This document shows positions 17,302 through 27,959 of a DNA stretch of 64,000 bases, piece after piece. A program made the position numbers and the translations under genes. The stretch is from Candidatus Eiseniibacteriota bacterium. GTDB lineage: Bacteria; Eisenbacteria; RBG-16-71-46; DASYSL01. Within the stretch, counting starts at the first letter, position 1. Each line of letters starts with the position of its first letter. The notes below the pieces were generated by a model. That model saw only the letters and a list, made by a program, of their open reading frames with translations. It was not told the origin of the DNA and made no database searches. The stretch is taken from the NCBI GenBank assembly GCA_031431875.1, contig JANPEF010000061.1, positions 15,764 through 79,763 of the forward strand, written 5' to 3'.

Positions 17302-18434
17302 AACTCTCCGTTCCCCGCGAGATCGCCCCGGGCGAGACGCGCGTCGCGCTCGTGCCCGAGACGCTGGCGCGCCTGATCAAGGCCGGCGCAAGCGTGACCG
17401 TCGAGGCCGGCGCGGGGGAACGCGCGGGCTTCCCGGATGCGGCGTACGCCGCGGCGGGGGCACGCATCGAACCGGACGTGCGCGCGCTGTGGCGCGCTGC
17501 CGACCTGGTGCTCAAGGTCCGCGAGCCTCTCGATCATCCCGGCGCCGGCGCGCACGAGCTGGACCTCGCGCGCGAGGGGTCCATCGTCGTCGGCCTGCTG
17601 CGGCCGGTCGAGAACGAGGCGCTCCTGGCGCGCTACACCGCGCGCCGCGTGACCGCGTTCGCGATGGAGAAGGTGCCGCGCACGTCGCGCGCGCAGAAGA
17701 TGGATGCGCTGTCGGCGATGAGCACGATCGCGGGGTACAAGGCCGTGCTGCTGGGCGCGATGCGGCTGCCGCGCTTCTTTCCGCTCATGATGACCGCGGC
17801 CGGGACGATTCCGCCGGCCCGCGTCCTCATCCTGGGCGCCGGTGTGGCGGGGCTGTCGGCGATCGCAACGGCGCGTCGCCTGGGCGCGGTCGTCGAGGCC
17901 TTCGACGTCCGTCCCGCGGTGCGCGAGGAAGTGCAGAGCCTGGGCGCCACGTTCGTCGGCCCGAGCGGGGACGCGGTCGCGTCGTCGGTGGCCGGCGCCG
18001 GCGGCTCGGGTGCGTACGCCGCCGAGCAGAGCACCGATGACGCGCGTCGCCGCCAGGAGATGCTGGTGCCGCACGTCGCGCAGGCCGACGTCGTGATCGC
18101 GACCGCGCTCGTTCCGGGTCGCCCGGCGCCGCGCCTGGTGACTGCGGCGATGGTCGAGTCCATGAAGCCCGGCGCCGTGATCGTCGACCTGGCCGCCGAG
18201 ACCGGGGGCAATTGCGAGCTCACCCGCGCCGGCGAGGACGTCGTTGCGCACGGCGTGACCATCCTCGGGCCGGTCAACCTGACCGCCACGGTGGCCGGGG
18301 ACGCCAGCCGAATGTATTCGCGCACGATCGCCGCGTTCGTGCTCCACCTGGTCAAGGACGGCGCACTCGCGCCCGACTTCGCGGACGACATCGTGCGCGA
18401 GTCGTGCATCGCCCGCCCGGGGGACGCCGCGTGA
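17298..18434 (+). CDS. pntAA: NAD(P) transhydrogenase alpha subunit part 1 (PntAA, dIII/alanine-dehydrogenase-like)
   Basis: TTG start overlapping the icd stop (TTGA); LKLSVPREIAPGETRVALVPE; Rossmann GAGVAGLSA. Confidence 0.8.
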   Translation: MKLSVPREIAPGETRVALVPETLARLIKAGASVTVEAGAGERAGFPDAAYAAAGARIEPDVRALWRAADLVLKVREPLDHPGAGAHELDLAREGSIVVGLLRPVENEALLARYTARRVTAFAMEKVPRTSRAQKMDALSAMSTIAGYKAVLLGAMRLPRFFPLMMTAAGTIPPARVLILGAGVAGLSAIATARRLGAVVEAFDVRPAVREEVQSLGATFVGPSGDAVASSVAGAGGSGAYAAEQSTDDARRRQEMLVPHVAQADVVIATALVPGRPAPRLVTAAMVESMKPGAVIVDLAAETGGNCELTRAGEDVVAHGVTILGPVNLTATVAGDASRMYSRTIAAFVLHLVKDGALAPDFADDIVRESCIARPGDAA

Positions 18435-18733
18435 GCGCAGCCGAAGTCCTCACCGTCCTCACCATCTTCGTGCTCGCCGTCTTCACCGGTTTCGAGGTGA
18501 TCTCGAAGGTGCCGGTCGTCCTGCACACGCCGCTCATGTCGGGCACCAACGCGATCCATGGCATCGTCGTCGTCGGCGGGATCGTCGTGCTGGCGCATGC
18601 CGAGGGGCCGTGGCTCGTGGGGCTCGGCTTCGTCGGCGTCGTCTTCGGCGCGGCCAACCTGGTCGGCGGGCTGGTCGTCACCGACCGCATGCTCGGCATG
18701 TTCAAGAAGAAGCCGAAGGACGCGCCGAAGTGA
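18431..18733 (+). CDS. pntAB: NAD(P) transhydrogenase alpha subunit part 2 (PntAB, small membrane subunit)
   Basis: GTGA overlap; ~100 aa with three transmembrane helices, ...GFEVISKVPVVLHTPLMSGTNAIHGIVVVG. Confidence 0.75.
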   Translation: MSAAEVLTVLTIFVLAVFTGFEVISKVPVVLHTPLMSGTNAIHGIVVVGGIVVLAHAEGPWLVGLGFVGVVFGAANLVGGLVVTDRMLGMFKKKPKDAPK

Positions 18734-20136
18734 GCCCGGCCGTGCTCGATCTCGTGCAGCGCATCCTGTTCCTCGTCTCCATCGTGACGATCATCGTGGG
18801 GCTCAAGCGCCTGAGCTCGCCGGCCACCGCGCGCTCGGGCAACGCGCTCGCGGGCTGGGGCCTGGCGATCGCGGTGCTCGCCACGTTCGTCACCGGCGTG
18901 CCCCAGAACCTGGGGCTCATCGTGCTGGGCCTCGTGGTGGGCTCGGGCCTGGGCTGGTGGGGCGCGCGGGTGGTCCAGATGACCGACATGCCGCAGATGG
19001 TCGCCCTGCTCAACGGGCTGGGCGGCGGCGCGGCGGCGGCGGTGTCGGTGGCCGAGTTCATCGCCTGGCGCTCCGGGCCGGGGGCGGGCGGGCCGGTCCA
19101 CATCGTCAGCATTCTCGCCGGCACGGTGATCGGCGCGGTGTCGTTCGCGGGCTCGCTGCTCGCCTTCGCCAAGCTGCAGGGCATCGGCGAGCGCGCCGTG
19201 ATCCTGCCGGGCGGTCGCCTGCTGCAGGCCGCGGTCGTCGTGGCCGCGCTGGTCACGGGCGGGCTCGCTGCGACCAGCGGCGGCCTTCCCGTGTTCGTCA
19301 CGTTCGTCGTCCTGGCGCTGGCGCTTGGCGTGCTCATGGTCGTGCCGATCGGCGGCGCCGACATGCCGGTCGTGATCTCGATCCTCAACTCATGCACCGG
19401 GCTCGCCGCGGCCGCGGCGGGTCTCGTGCTCGACAACCACGCCCTGCTGGTCAGCGGCACGCTGGTCGGTGCCTCGGGTACGCTGCTCACGCGGCTCATG
19501 TGCAAGGCGATGAACCGCTCGCTGGCCAACGTGCTGTTCGGCGCGCTGGGCGCTGCACCGGCGGCCGGCACGGCCGCAGCGGGGGCGGGCCCCCCAAAGC
19601 GTCCCGTGCGCGACGTGTCGGTCGAGGATGCGGCGGTGCTGCTGGCCAACGTGCAGAGCGTGATCATCGTCCCCGGCTACGGCCTGGCGGTGGCGCAGGC
19701 GCAGCACGTCGTGCGCGAACTGGCGGACCTGCTGGCCAGGCGCGGCGTCGAGGTGAAGTACGCCATCCATCCCGTGGCGGGCCGCATGCCCGGGCACATG
19801 AACGTGCTGCTGGCCGAGGCCAACGTGCCGTACTCGCAGTTGTTCGACCTCGAACAGATCAACGGTGACTTCGAGCGCACCGACGTGGCGCTGGTCATCG
19901 GCGCCAACGACGTGGTGAACCCCGCGGCGCGGCACGACAAGGCGAGCCCGATCTACGGCATGCCGATCCTCGACGCCGACAAGGCGCGTCACGTGGTCTT
20001 GATGAAGCGATCGCTCAACCCCGGCTTCGCGGGCATCGACAACGAGCTCTACTACGATCCGAAGACGACGATGCTGTTCGGCGACGCGAAGCAGGTGCTC
20101 GGCCGACTTGTCGAGGAATTGAAAAGCGAGGCGTAG
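18730..20136 (+). CDS. pntB: NAD(P) transhydrogenase beta subunit PntB
   Basis: GTGA overlap; transmembrane N-half and NADP(H)-binding C-half GYGLAVAQAQH...PVAGRMPGHMNVLLAEA. Confidence 0.85.
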   Translation: MSPAVLDLVQRILFLVSIVTIIVGLKRLSSPATARSGNALAGWGLAIAVLATFVTGVPQNLGLIVLGLVVGSGLGWWGARVVQMTDMPQMVALLNGLGGGAAAAVSVAEFIAWRSGPGAGGPVHIVSILAGTVIGAVSFAGSLLAFAKLQGIGERAVILPGGRLLQAAVVVAALVTGGLAATSGGLPVFVTFVVLALALGVLMVVPIGGADMPVVISILNSCTGLAAAAAGLVLDNHALLVSGTLVGASGTLLTRLMCKAMNRSLANVLFGALGAAPAAGTAAAGAGPPKRPVRDVSVEDAAVLLANVQSVIIVPGYGLAVAQAQHVVRELADLLARRGVEVKYAIHPVAGRMPGHMNVLLAEANVPYSQLFDLEQINGDFERTDVALVIGANDVVNPAARHDKASPIYGMPILDADKARHVVLMKRSLNPGFAGIDNELYYDPKTTMLFGDAKQVLGRLVEELKSEA

Positions 20137-20251
20137 CCCCGGGCGATTTTCATGCTGTGGGCGGGTCGTTCCGCTAGACTGCCTCACCGTTCCCCCGGGG
20201 CCGGATCGCTCCCGACCTCCTCCGCCGTTCCCCCGGTCCTTGCGAGTGCCC

Positions 20252-23200
20252 ATGATGGCCACCCAGGCCCCCCGTCCCGGTCGCGGTTCGTTCGTCGGCT
20301 TTGTTCCGCTTCTGACGCTGCTCCTGTCCACGCCGGTCATCGCGGTTCCCGTCGGCACGGCGCCGCCCCTGGCCCTGCGCGATCGGACGCCGGGCCTGGT
20401 CGCGTTCACCGACGCGCGGCTCGTGATCGCCCCGGGCCGGACGGTCGAGAAGGGGACACTGGTCATCAAGGACGGCATGATCGTCGCCGCCGGTGCGGGG
20501 GTGAAGATCCCCGCCGGCGCAACCGTGCGCAGTCTCGCGTGGGCGACGATCTATCCCGGCTTCCTCGATGCCAGCGTGCCGGTCGGTTTCCCGTCGTCGG
20601 CGACCACCGGCCTGATTCGCGACGGCGCCGACGGTCCCTCGGGCGGGCCGGGCTCCGGCGGCCCGAGCGGCATTGCCGGGCCGGGCGCGTCGAGCTGGAA
20701 CCCGCACGTCACGCCGGGCCGGCGCGTCGAGCTCGACCTGCCGGCCGACAGCCTGGCCGCGAAGCTGCGCTCCACGCTGCGCAGCCAGGGCGTCACGGTG
20801 GCGCTGGTCGCCCCGGCGCGCGGCGTCGTCAGGGGGCAGGGCGCCCTGCTTACCACCGCCGACGGCCCGCTCGGGCGACTGGTGGTCAAGCCGCAGGCGA
20901 GCATGCACCTGGCGCTCAACTCGGGGCTCTCCTTCGACGACCAGGGCTATCCGCAGTCGCCGATGGGCGCGGTCGCGCTGTTGCGCCAGACTTTCGCCGA
21001 CGCCGCCTGGTACACCAGGGCGCAGGCGGCCTGCGCACGCGACCCGAAGCTGCCGCGGCCCGAGACCGAGGAGGGCCTCGCCGCGCTCACCGCGTTCCGC
21101 ACCACGCGCGCGCCATTCGTGATCGACGCCCAGGACGAGCTCTACGTGCTGCGCGCCGACCGTCTCGCCCGCGAGCTCGGATTCGACGCGATCGTGCGCG
21201 GCTCGGGTCGCGAGTACCGCCAGCTCGACGCGATCAGGGCGACGGGGCGCACGATCATCGTTCCGCTGTCGTTCCCGAAAGCGCCGATCGTCGACACGCC
21301 CGAGCAGGCGATGAACGTCTCGCTCGAGGACCTCATGCACTGGGACGTGGCCCCCGAGAACGCGGGCCGGCTGGCGAAGGCAGGCGTGCCGATTGCCTTG
21401 ACCTCGGATCGGCTCGAGGATCGCGGCACGTTCCTGGTCCAGGTGCGGAAGGCCGTCGACCGCGGTCTCACGCCCGCGCAGGCGCTGGCCGCGCTGACCA
21501 CCACGCCGGCGCGCGCGCTCGGGGTGGGTGATCGCCTGGGCACGCTCGAGGCCGGGAAGCAGGCGCACTTCGTCATCACCGACGGGGACCTGTTCGCCGC
21601 CACGACGAAGGTGCGCGAGGTGTGGATCGATGGCGAGGCCTACCCGATCAAGCCCTGGCCCGAGCTCGATCTGCGCGGGCGCTGGCTGGTGACGCTCGAT
21701 CCGCCTGCAGCCGGAGCCGACTCGATCGTGCTCGCGCTCGCCGGGCAGCCCGATTCGCTGGGCGGCACGCTGCGGCTGGGCAAGGACACGATGCTCAAGT
21801 CCGCGCAGCTCCTCGAGCGACAGCTGTTCGTGTCGCTGTCCGGCGACTCGCTGGGAAAGCAGGGCGTCGTGCGCCTCTCCGGCGCGGTCGAGGGCGCAGG
21901 CGCCGAGCCGATCGTACGCGGCACGGGTGTGTGGCCCGACGGGGCGCCGTTTGCGTGGAGCGCCCGCCGCATCGCCGCCTACACGCCGCCGGCCGACACG
22001 GCGGCGAAACCGCCCCCCGTGCGCGCCAGCTACGAGCCGAACTTCCCGTTGGGCGACTGCGGTCGCAACGGCATTCCGGAGCGCCCGGCCGTCGTCGCGT
22101 TCGAAGGCGCGACCGTGTGGACGTCGGGTCCGGCCGGGAGGATCGAGGGCGCGACCGTGCTGGTCGAGAATGGGGTGATCCGCGCGGTCGGCAAGGACGT
22201 GCGCGTGCCGGCGAGCGCAGTCCGCATCGACGCGCGCGGCAAGCACATCACGCCGGGCCTGATCGACGCGCACTCGCACACCGCGACCGACGGTGGGATC
22301 AACGAGGGCGGGCAGAACGTCACCGCCGAGGTGCGCATCGGCGACTTCATCGACCCGAACGACATCGCGCTCTACCGCGAGCTTGCCGGCGGCCTGACCG
22401 CGGCGCACATCCTGCACGGTTCGGCGAACGCAATCGGCGGGCAGAGCCAGATGATCAAGCTGCGCTGGGGAGCACCCGACTCGGCGCTCAAGTTCGCGGG
22501 CTGGCCGGCGACGATCAAGTTCGCGCTGGGCGAGAATCCCAAGCAGTCCAACTGGGGCCTGCAGGACCCGACGCGCTATCCGCAGTCGCGCATGGGCGTC
22601 GAGCAGTTGATCCGCGACCGCTTCGCTGCGGCGCGGGACTACACGGCCGAGCAGAAGCGCGGCACGATGGCGAACGGCCTGCCGGCGCGGCGCGATTACG
22701 AACTCGAGACGATCGCCCAGATTCTCGACGGCACGCGCACCATTCACAGCCACGCGTACCGCCAGGACGAGATCCTGATGCTCATGCGCGTGGCCGAGGA
22801 ATACGGCATCCGGGTCGGCACGTTCCAGCACATCCTCGAGGGCTACAAGGTGGCCGACGTGATGGCCGCGCACGGGGCCGGCGGCTCGACGTTTTCCGAC
22901 TGGTGGGCCTACAAGATGGAAGTCATCGATGCCATCCCGTTCAACGGCGCGCTGATGCATCGCGCCGGCGTGCTCGTGTCGTTCAACTCGGACTCGGACG
23001 AGCTGGCGCGTCGTCTCAACACCGAGGCGGGGAAGGCGGTCAAGTACGGCGGGGTCTCCCCGGAGGAAGCGCTCGAGTTCGTCACCGCAAACCCGGCGAA
23101 GCAGCTCAAGGTCGACGCGAAGGTCGGCTCACTCGAGCCCGGCAAGGATGCCGACCTCGTGGTGTGGAGCGGCCCGCCGTTGTCGCCGCTATCGCTCTGC

Positions 23201-23452
23201 GAGCAGACGTGGATCGACGGCCGGCGCTACTTCGACCGCGCGGAGGATCTCGCGATGCGCGTCGAGCAAGAGAGGATGAAGCAGGTGCTGGCGCAGAAGG
23301 CGCTCGCGGCACCCGGGGGCAGCGGCGGCGGGGGCCCGGGAGGCCGCGGCGTGCCGCGCCACGACTGGGCCGACGAACATGACGAGGGGGATGACGGTGG
23401 CTTCGGCTCGCGGGCCGCCGCGGCGCGTAGCTGCGAAGGAGGTGCGCGATGA
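20252..23452 (+). CDS. Large secreted amidohydrolase-family protein (two metal-dependent hydrolase regions, ~1067 aa)
   Basis: Signal peptide MMATQAPRPGRGSFVGFVPLLTLLLSTPVIA; amidohydrolase motifs PGFLDAS..., GLIDAHSHTATDGGINEG and HSHAYRQDE. Confidence 0.7.
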   Translation: MMATQAPRPGRGSFVGFVPLLTLLLSTPVIAVPVGTAPPLALRDRTPGLVAFTDARLVIAPGRTVEKGTLVIKDGMIVAAGAGVKIPAGATVRSLAWATIYPGFLDASVPVGFPSSATTGLIRDGADGPSGGPGSGGPSGIAGPGASSWNPHVTPGRRVELDLPADSLAAKLRSTLRSQGVTVALVAPARGVVRGQGALLTTADGPLGRLVVKPQASMHLALNSGLSFDDQGYPQSPMGAVALLRQTFADAAWYTRAQAACARDPKLPRPETEEGLAALTAFRTTRAPFVIDAQDELYVLRADRLARELGFDAIVRGSGREYRQLDAIRATGRTIIVPLSFPKAPIVDTPEQAMNVSLEDLMHWDVAPENAGRLAKAGVPIALTSDRLEDRGTFLVQVRKAVDRGLTPAQALAALTTTPARALGVGDRLGTLEAGKQAHFVITDGDLFAATTKVREVWIDGEAYPIKPWPELDLRGRWLVTLDPPAAGADSIVLALAGQPDSLGGTLRLGKDTMLKSAQLLERQLFVSLSGDSLGKQGVVRLSGAVEGAGAEPIVRGTGVWPDGAPFAWSARRIAAYTPPADTAAKPPPVRASYEPNFPLGDCGRNGIPERPAVVAFEGATVWTSGPAGRIEGATVLVENGVIRAVGKDVRVPASAVRIDARGKHITPGLIDAHSHTATDGGINEGGQNVTAEVRIGDFIDPNDIALYRELAGGLTAAHILHGSANAIGGQSQMIKLRWGAPDSALKFAGWPATIKFALGENPKQSNWGLQDPTRYPQSRMGVEQLIRDRFAAARDYTAEQKRGTMANGLPARRDYELETIAQILDGTRTIHSHAYRQDEILMLMRVAEEYGIRVGTFQHILEGYKVADVMAAHGAGGSTFSDWWAYKMEVIDAIPFNGALMHRAGVLVSFNSDSDELARRLNTEAGKAVKYGGVSPEEALEFVTANPAKQLKVDAKVGSLEPGKDADLVVWSGPPLSPLSLCEQTWIDGRRYFDRAEDLAMRVEQERMKQVLAQKALAAPGGSGGGGPGGRGVPRHDWADEHDEGDDGGFGSRAAAARSCEGGAR

Positions 23453-24795
23453 TGCCAGCGAGTGCCGCAGGCGCGAGCTTGGCCTTCGCCCTGGTCTTCA
23501 TGCTCTCGGCCTCTGCCGCTCACTCCGCCGTCCCCATCCCCGGCCCGCCCCAGACCCGTCCGGTCGCGATCGTCGGCGCTGCCCTGTACCCGGTGTCGGG
23601 GCCGCGCATCGCCGACGGCACGATCGTCTTCGCCGAAGGGAAGATCGTCGCCGTGGGGCCCACGGCTAGCATGACGGTTCCAGCCGAGGCCGAGCGGATC
23701 GACGGCCGCGGCAAGCGCGTTTACCCGGGGCTGGTCGATGCGTGGACCCAGCTCGGCCTCAACGAGGTCACCGCGGTGCGAGCCACCGTCGATGCGCGCG
23801 AGGTCGGCCCGATCAATCCGAACGTGCGCGCGCAGGTGTCGTTCAACCCGGAGAGCGAGCTCCTGCCGGTGACGCGCTCCAACGGCGTGCTCGTCGTCGG
23901 GGTTGCGCCGCAGGGCGGCCTGCTCGGCGGCCAGGTCGCCGCCATGACCCTCGATGGCTGGACATGGGAGGAGATGACGCTGCGTGCCCCGGTCGGCATG
24001 CAACTGAGTTGGCCGCCGATGGTGCTCGTGCGCGACGGCGCGCCCGAGGATCGGCAGAAGGAGAATCGCGAGAAGGCGCTGCGCGCCGTGCACGAGGCGT
24101 TCGCCGATGCCCGCGCCTACCGTGTGGCGAAGCTGGGGGCGGGGAGCGCCGGCATCGAGACCGACCTGCGCTGGGAGGCAATGATCCCGGTGCTCGAGCG
24201 GCGCGTTCCGCTGTTCGTCGAGGCCGAGGAGATCCACCAGATCGAGGCGGCCGTCGCCTTCGCCGCGGCCGAGAGCCTGAAGCTGGTGATCGTCGGCGGT
24301 TACGACGCGGCCGCCGCGGGCGAACTGCTGCGACGCAACGACGTGCCGGTGATCGTCGGCGGGATCCTCCGCCTGCCACGCCGTCGCGGCGATGCCTATG
24401 ACGCGCCGTACACGCTGCCGGCTCGATTGCACCGCGCCGGCGTCCGCTTCTGCCTGACCAACGGCAGCCTGTGGAACGAGCGCAACCTGCCGTACGCGGC
24501 CGGCACCGCCGTCGCCTATGGACTGCCGGCGGAGGTCGGCCTGGCGGCGATCACGCTCGAGGCGGCAAGGATTCTCGGCGTCGGCGATCGCGTGGGTTCG
24601 CTCGAGCCGGGAAAGGATGCGACACTGCTGGTCACCAACGGTGATCCCATGGAGGAGCCCACGGCGGTCGAACGCGCGTGGATCGGCGGCCGTGCAGTCG
24701 ACCTCGATGATCGCCACAAGACGTTGAACGCGAAGTACGTGGAAAAATACCGCCGCCTCGGCATCGATCCGGGCGCCGACGGCACACGGCCCTGA
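23449..24795 (+). CDS. Secreted amidohydrolase-family protein
   Basis: ATGA overlap with the upstream amidohydrolase; signal peptide; YPGLVDAWTQLGL and D-x-x-x-G metal-binding regions. Confidence 0.7.
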   Translation: MMPASAAGASLAFALVFMLSASAAHSAVPIPGPPQTRPVAIVGAALYPVSGPRIADGTIVFAEGKIVAVGPTASMTVPAEAERIDGRGKRVYPGLVDAWTQLGLNEVTAVRATVDAREVGPINPNVRAQVSFNPESELLPVTRSNGVLVVGVAPQGGLLGGQVAAMTLDGWTWEEMTLRAPVGMQLSWPPMVLVRDGAPEDRQKENREKALRAVHEAFADARAYRVAKLGAGSAGIETDLRWEAMIPVLERRVPLFVEAEEIHQIEAAVAFAAAESLKLVIVGGYDAAAAGELLRRNDVPVIVGGILRLPRRRGDAYDAPYTLPARLHRAGVRFCLTNGSLWNERNLPYAAGTAVAYGLPAEVGLAAITLEAARILGVGDRVGSLEPGKDATLLVTNGDPMEEPTAVERAWIGGRAVDLDDRHKTLNAKYVEKYRRLGIDPGADGTRP

Positions 24796-24811
24796 CGGGC
24801 GGGAGAGAGTC

Positions 24812-25231
24812 ATGAAGCGGAATGCAGAGAGAACGACGGGCAAGACGGCGACGTGGTGCGGGATCCTCATCTTCGCGGCCGCTCTCGCGGCCGGAGCTGG
24901 CTGCGCGCCTGCGGCCGAGAAGGCCGCCGAGGCGCCCGCGGTCACCACCCCGGCGCCTGCGCCCTCGCCCGGCGTGGTCGAGGTGACGGTCGATGGTTCG
25001 GGCTTCCACCCGGATCGCATCACCGCGCACGCGGGACAGCCGATCACCCTGGCCATCACGCGGACGACCGACGAGACCTGCGGCACCGAGATCGTCATCC
25101 CCACGATGGCGATCGACACGAAACTGCCGCTCAACCAGCGCGTCGAGGTGACCGTGACGCCGGTGGCCACGGGCGAGGTCGCGTTCGCCTGCGCGATGAA
25201 CATGCACAAGGGGACGATCGTCGTCGAGTAG
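24812..25231 (+). CDS. Cupredoxin-like domain lipoprotein
   Basis: GGGAGAGAG Shine-Dalgarno; lipobox AGAGC; small beta-sandwich ending with Cys/His/Met-containing FACAMNMHKG. Confidence 0.5.
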   Translation: MKRNAERTTGKTATWCGILIFAAALAAGAGCAPAAEKAAEAPAVTTPAPAPSPGVVEVTVDGSGFHPDRITAHAGQPITLAITRTTDETCGTEIVIPTMAIDTKLPLNQRVEVTVTPVATGEVAFACAMNMHKGTIVVE

Positions 25232-25265
25232 CTCCGAGTCGAGGCGTCGTCCACGGGAGGTCGGG

Positions 25266-27959
25266 ATGGGAATGACGCATTGCGTTCGTCGTCATCAATC
25301 GTACGTCGCAGTCGCGATCGCCGCGGGTTCGCTCGCGTGGGCCGCGCTCGGCGGGGCGGTCGCAGCGGTGGGCGCACCGGCTGCGGCGCCCGTCGACTCG
25401 GCCGGGACGGTGGGCAGCCGACTGGGCCGCGCTGTCGTGCCGCTGTCGCAGAAGGTCGAACTCCGCCTCGACCCCGCGTCCCCGGACTACAGCGGCTCGA
25501 CCACGATCTCGATCGAGGCAGCCGCGCCGTTCCGTTCGCTGCGCGTGCACGCGAGGGAGCTGTCGGTCGAGACGATCCTGCTCGCGGGCGGCCTCGTGCA
25601 CGTCGCGCCGAAGTGGGCCAGCGAGACGGACGGGACGATCCGTATCACCTTCAGCGAGCCCGTGCCGGCGGGGATCTACCTGCTCACGCTGCGCTTCCGC
25701 AACGACTTCAACACGCAGGCCACGAGCCTGTACCGCCTCAAGGCCGGCGACGACTGGTACTGCTTCACGCAGTTCGAGGCGACCGACGCGCGCGAGGCCT
25801 TCCCGTGCTTCGACGAGCCCGAGTTCAAGATCCCGTGGGACCTCGAGCTGACCATTCCGGGCGGGCACAGCGCGGTCGCGAACACGCCGATCGTCTCGAG
25901 CGCCCCGGCCGGCGACGGTTGGACGAAACACGTGTTCAAGCGCTCGAAGCCCATGCCGACCTACATCCTGGCGATCGCCACCGGGCCGCTCGAGATGACG
26001 CCGATCGAGGGCATGTCGATTCCGGGCAACGTTGTGACGGTGAAGGGGCAGGCGACGCTCACCGCCGAGGCGAGGCGCGTCGCGCCGCCGATCCTCGCCG
26101 CGCTCGAGGCCTACTTCGGGCGCCCGTATCCCTACGAGAAGCTCGACCTGCTCGCGGTGCCCGAGTTCTGGCCCGGCGCCATGGAGAACGCGGGCGCGAT
26201 CACGTTCGCCGATGGCGTGCTGCTGCTCGATGACAAGACGGCGACCGTCTCGATGCGGCGCTCGCTGGCGTCGATCACGGCGCACGAGCTCGCGCACATG
26301 TGGTTCGGTGACCTGGTGACGATGAAGTGGTGGGACGACCTGTGGCTCAACGAGTCGTTCGCCTCGTGGCTGGGCGAGAAGGTGACCCACGGCGTGTACC
26401 CGGAGTTCGGGATCGAGGACCGCCTCGTGCTCGACGCGGACGAAGCGATGCTGGTCGACGGTCGACTGAGCACGCGCGCGGTCCGCCAGCCCGTCAAGAG
26501 CCTCGACAATCTCCTGCAGTCGGCCGATGCCCTTGCATACCAAAAGGGACAGACGGTCCTCGGCATGTTCGAGCAGTGGCTGGGCCCCGACGTGTTCCGG
26601 GCCGGCGTGCGCGACTACATCTCTCGCCATGCGTGGGGGAACGCCGTGGCGGACGACCTGTGGTCGGCGCTGTCGCGCTCGGCGAAGAAGGACGTGGGTG
26701 GCTCGATGGGCACGTTCCTCAACCAGCCCGGGCTCGCGCTCGTCGGGGCCGAGCCGCTGCCGGGCGGCCGGGTGCGCCTCACGCAGTCGCGCTTCCTGCC
26801 GGCCGGAACGGTCGCGCCGACACCCCAGCGCTGGTCGATCCCGGTCACGCTCAAGTATGGCGGGGCGAGCGGGGCGGCGAAGACGAAGAGCGTGCTGCTC
26901 TCCGCGCCGACGCAGGTCGTCACGCTCGAGCCGGGGGTGAAGTGGGTGTACCCGAACGGGCGCGCCTGGGGCTACTACCGCTGGAAGATGCCCGACGCCT
27001 CGATCACCGCGCTGGTCGAGCGGGCCAGCACCTCCCTCGAGTTGCGCGAGCGCATGGAGCTGACCACCAATGCAGCGGCCTTGCTCGACGCCGGTGCGAT
27101 GCCTGGCGACACCTACCTGCGCCTGCTCGAGAAGCTGGCCGCAGACGAGGAGCCCGCCGTGGTCGGCGCGGTGCTCGACGGGATGGAGAAGGTGAAGCAG
27201 ACGTTCATCACGCCCGAGGTCGAGCCCGCCTATGCCGCGTACGTCCAGCGCGCGCTCGCGCCGGCGGTGGATCGCTTCGGCCTGACGAGGCAAGCGGGCG
27301 AGCAGGAGTCGGTGTCGTTCATCCGCGGGCGCCTGCTCGGCATGCTCGCCGACGAGGGTCGCGACCCCCGCGCGCGCGCCTACGCCGACTCGCTGGCGCA
27401 GGCGTACCTGGCCGACGTGACGAGCGTCGATCCGTCGCTTGCGTTCACGTCGCTGCAGGTCGCCGCCATGGACGGGGATCCCGCGCTGTGGGAGACCTAT
27501 CGCACGCGCTTCGAGTCGGCGCCGAACCCCGGCGAGCGGCGCAACTTCCTTGCGGCGCTGGGCTCGTTCCGCTCCCCGCCGCTGCGCCAGAAGTCACTCG
27601 ACTACGCGCTCGCCGGCCCGCTCCGGCCGCAGGAGGTGCTGGCCGTCCCGCGCGCCATGGGCGGCGCCTCCGAGGAGGGCCGGGAAGCGCAGTTCCAGTG
27701 GGCGATGCAGAACTACGATGCGATCATGAAGCGCGTGCCACCCATGTTCGCAGTGTTCATGCCGTTCGTCGGATCCGGCTGTTCCGGCGACCGGCTCACG
27801 GCGACGCAGTCGTTCTTCGCCGATCCGGCGCACGCGCCTCCGGGCACCGAGAAGGAACTGGCAAAGGTGACCGAAACGGTCGAGGACTGCATGAAGCTGC
27901 GGGCGCGCGAAGGTCCGCGCGTGCGCGAGTTCCTGCAGCGAGGTCCGGTTGCGAACTAG
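25266..27959 (+). CDS. pepN: M1-family aminopeptidase N
   Basis: GAMEN exopeptidase motif and HELAHMWFGD-(18)-E zinc site (WLNESFASW); signal peptide; ~897 aa. Confidence 0.85.
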   Translation: MGMTHCVRRHQSYVAVAIAAGSLAWAALGGAVAAVGAPAAAPVDSAGTVGSRLGRAVVPLSQKVELRLDPASPDYSGSTTISIEAAAPFRSLRVHARELSVETILLAGGLVHVAPKWASETDGTIRITFSEPVPAGIYLLTLRFRNDFNTQATSLYRLKAGDDWYCFTQFEATDAREAFPCFDEPEFKIPWDLELTIPGGHSAVANTPIVSSAPAGDGWTKHVFKRSKPMPTYILAIATGPLEMTPIEGMSIPGNVVTVKGQATLTAEARRVAPPILAALEAYFGRPYPYEKLDLLAVPEFWPGAMENAGAITFADGVLLLDDKTATVSMRRSLASITAHELAHMWFGDLVTMKWWDDLWLNESFASWLGEKVTHGVYPEFGIEDRLVLDADEAMLVDGRLSTRAVRQPVKSLDNLLQSADALAYQKGQTVLGMFEQWLGPDVFRAGVRDYISRHAWGNAVADDLWSALSRSAKKDVGGSMGTFLNQPGLALVGAEPLPGGRVRLTQSRFLPAGTVAPTPQRWSIPVTLKYGGASGAAKTKSVLLSAPTQVVTLEPGVKWVYPNGRAWGYYRWKMPDASITALVERASTSLELRERMELTTNAAALLDAGAMPGDTYLRLLEKLAADEEPAVVGAVLDGMEKVKQTFITPEVEPAYAAYVQRALAPAVDRFGLTRQAGEQESVSFIRGRLLGMLADEGRDPRARAYADSLAQAYLADVTSVDPSLAFTSLQVAAMDGDPALWETYRTRFESAPNPGERRNFLAALGSFRSPPLRQKSLDYALAGPLRPQEVLAVPRAMGGASEEGREAQFQWAMQNYDAIMKRVPPMFAVFMPFVGSGCSGDRLTATQSFFADPAHAPPGTEKELAKVTETVEDCMKLRAREGPRVREFLQRGPVAN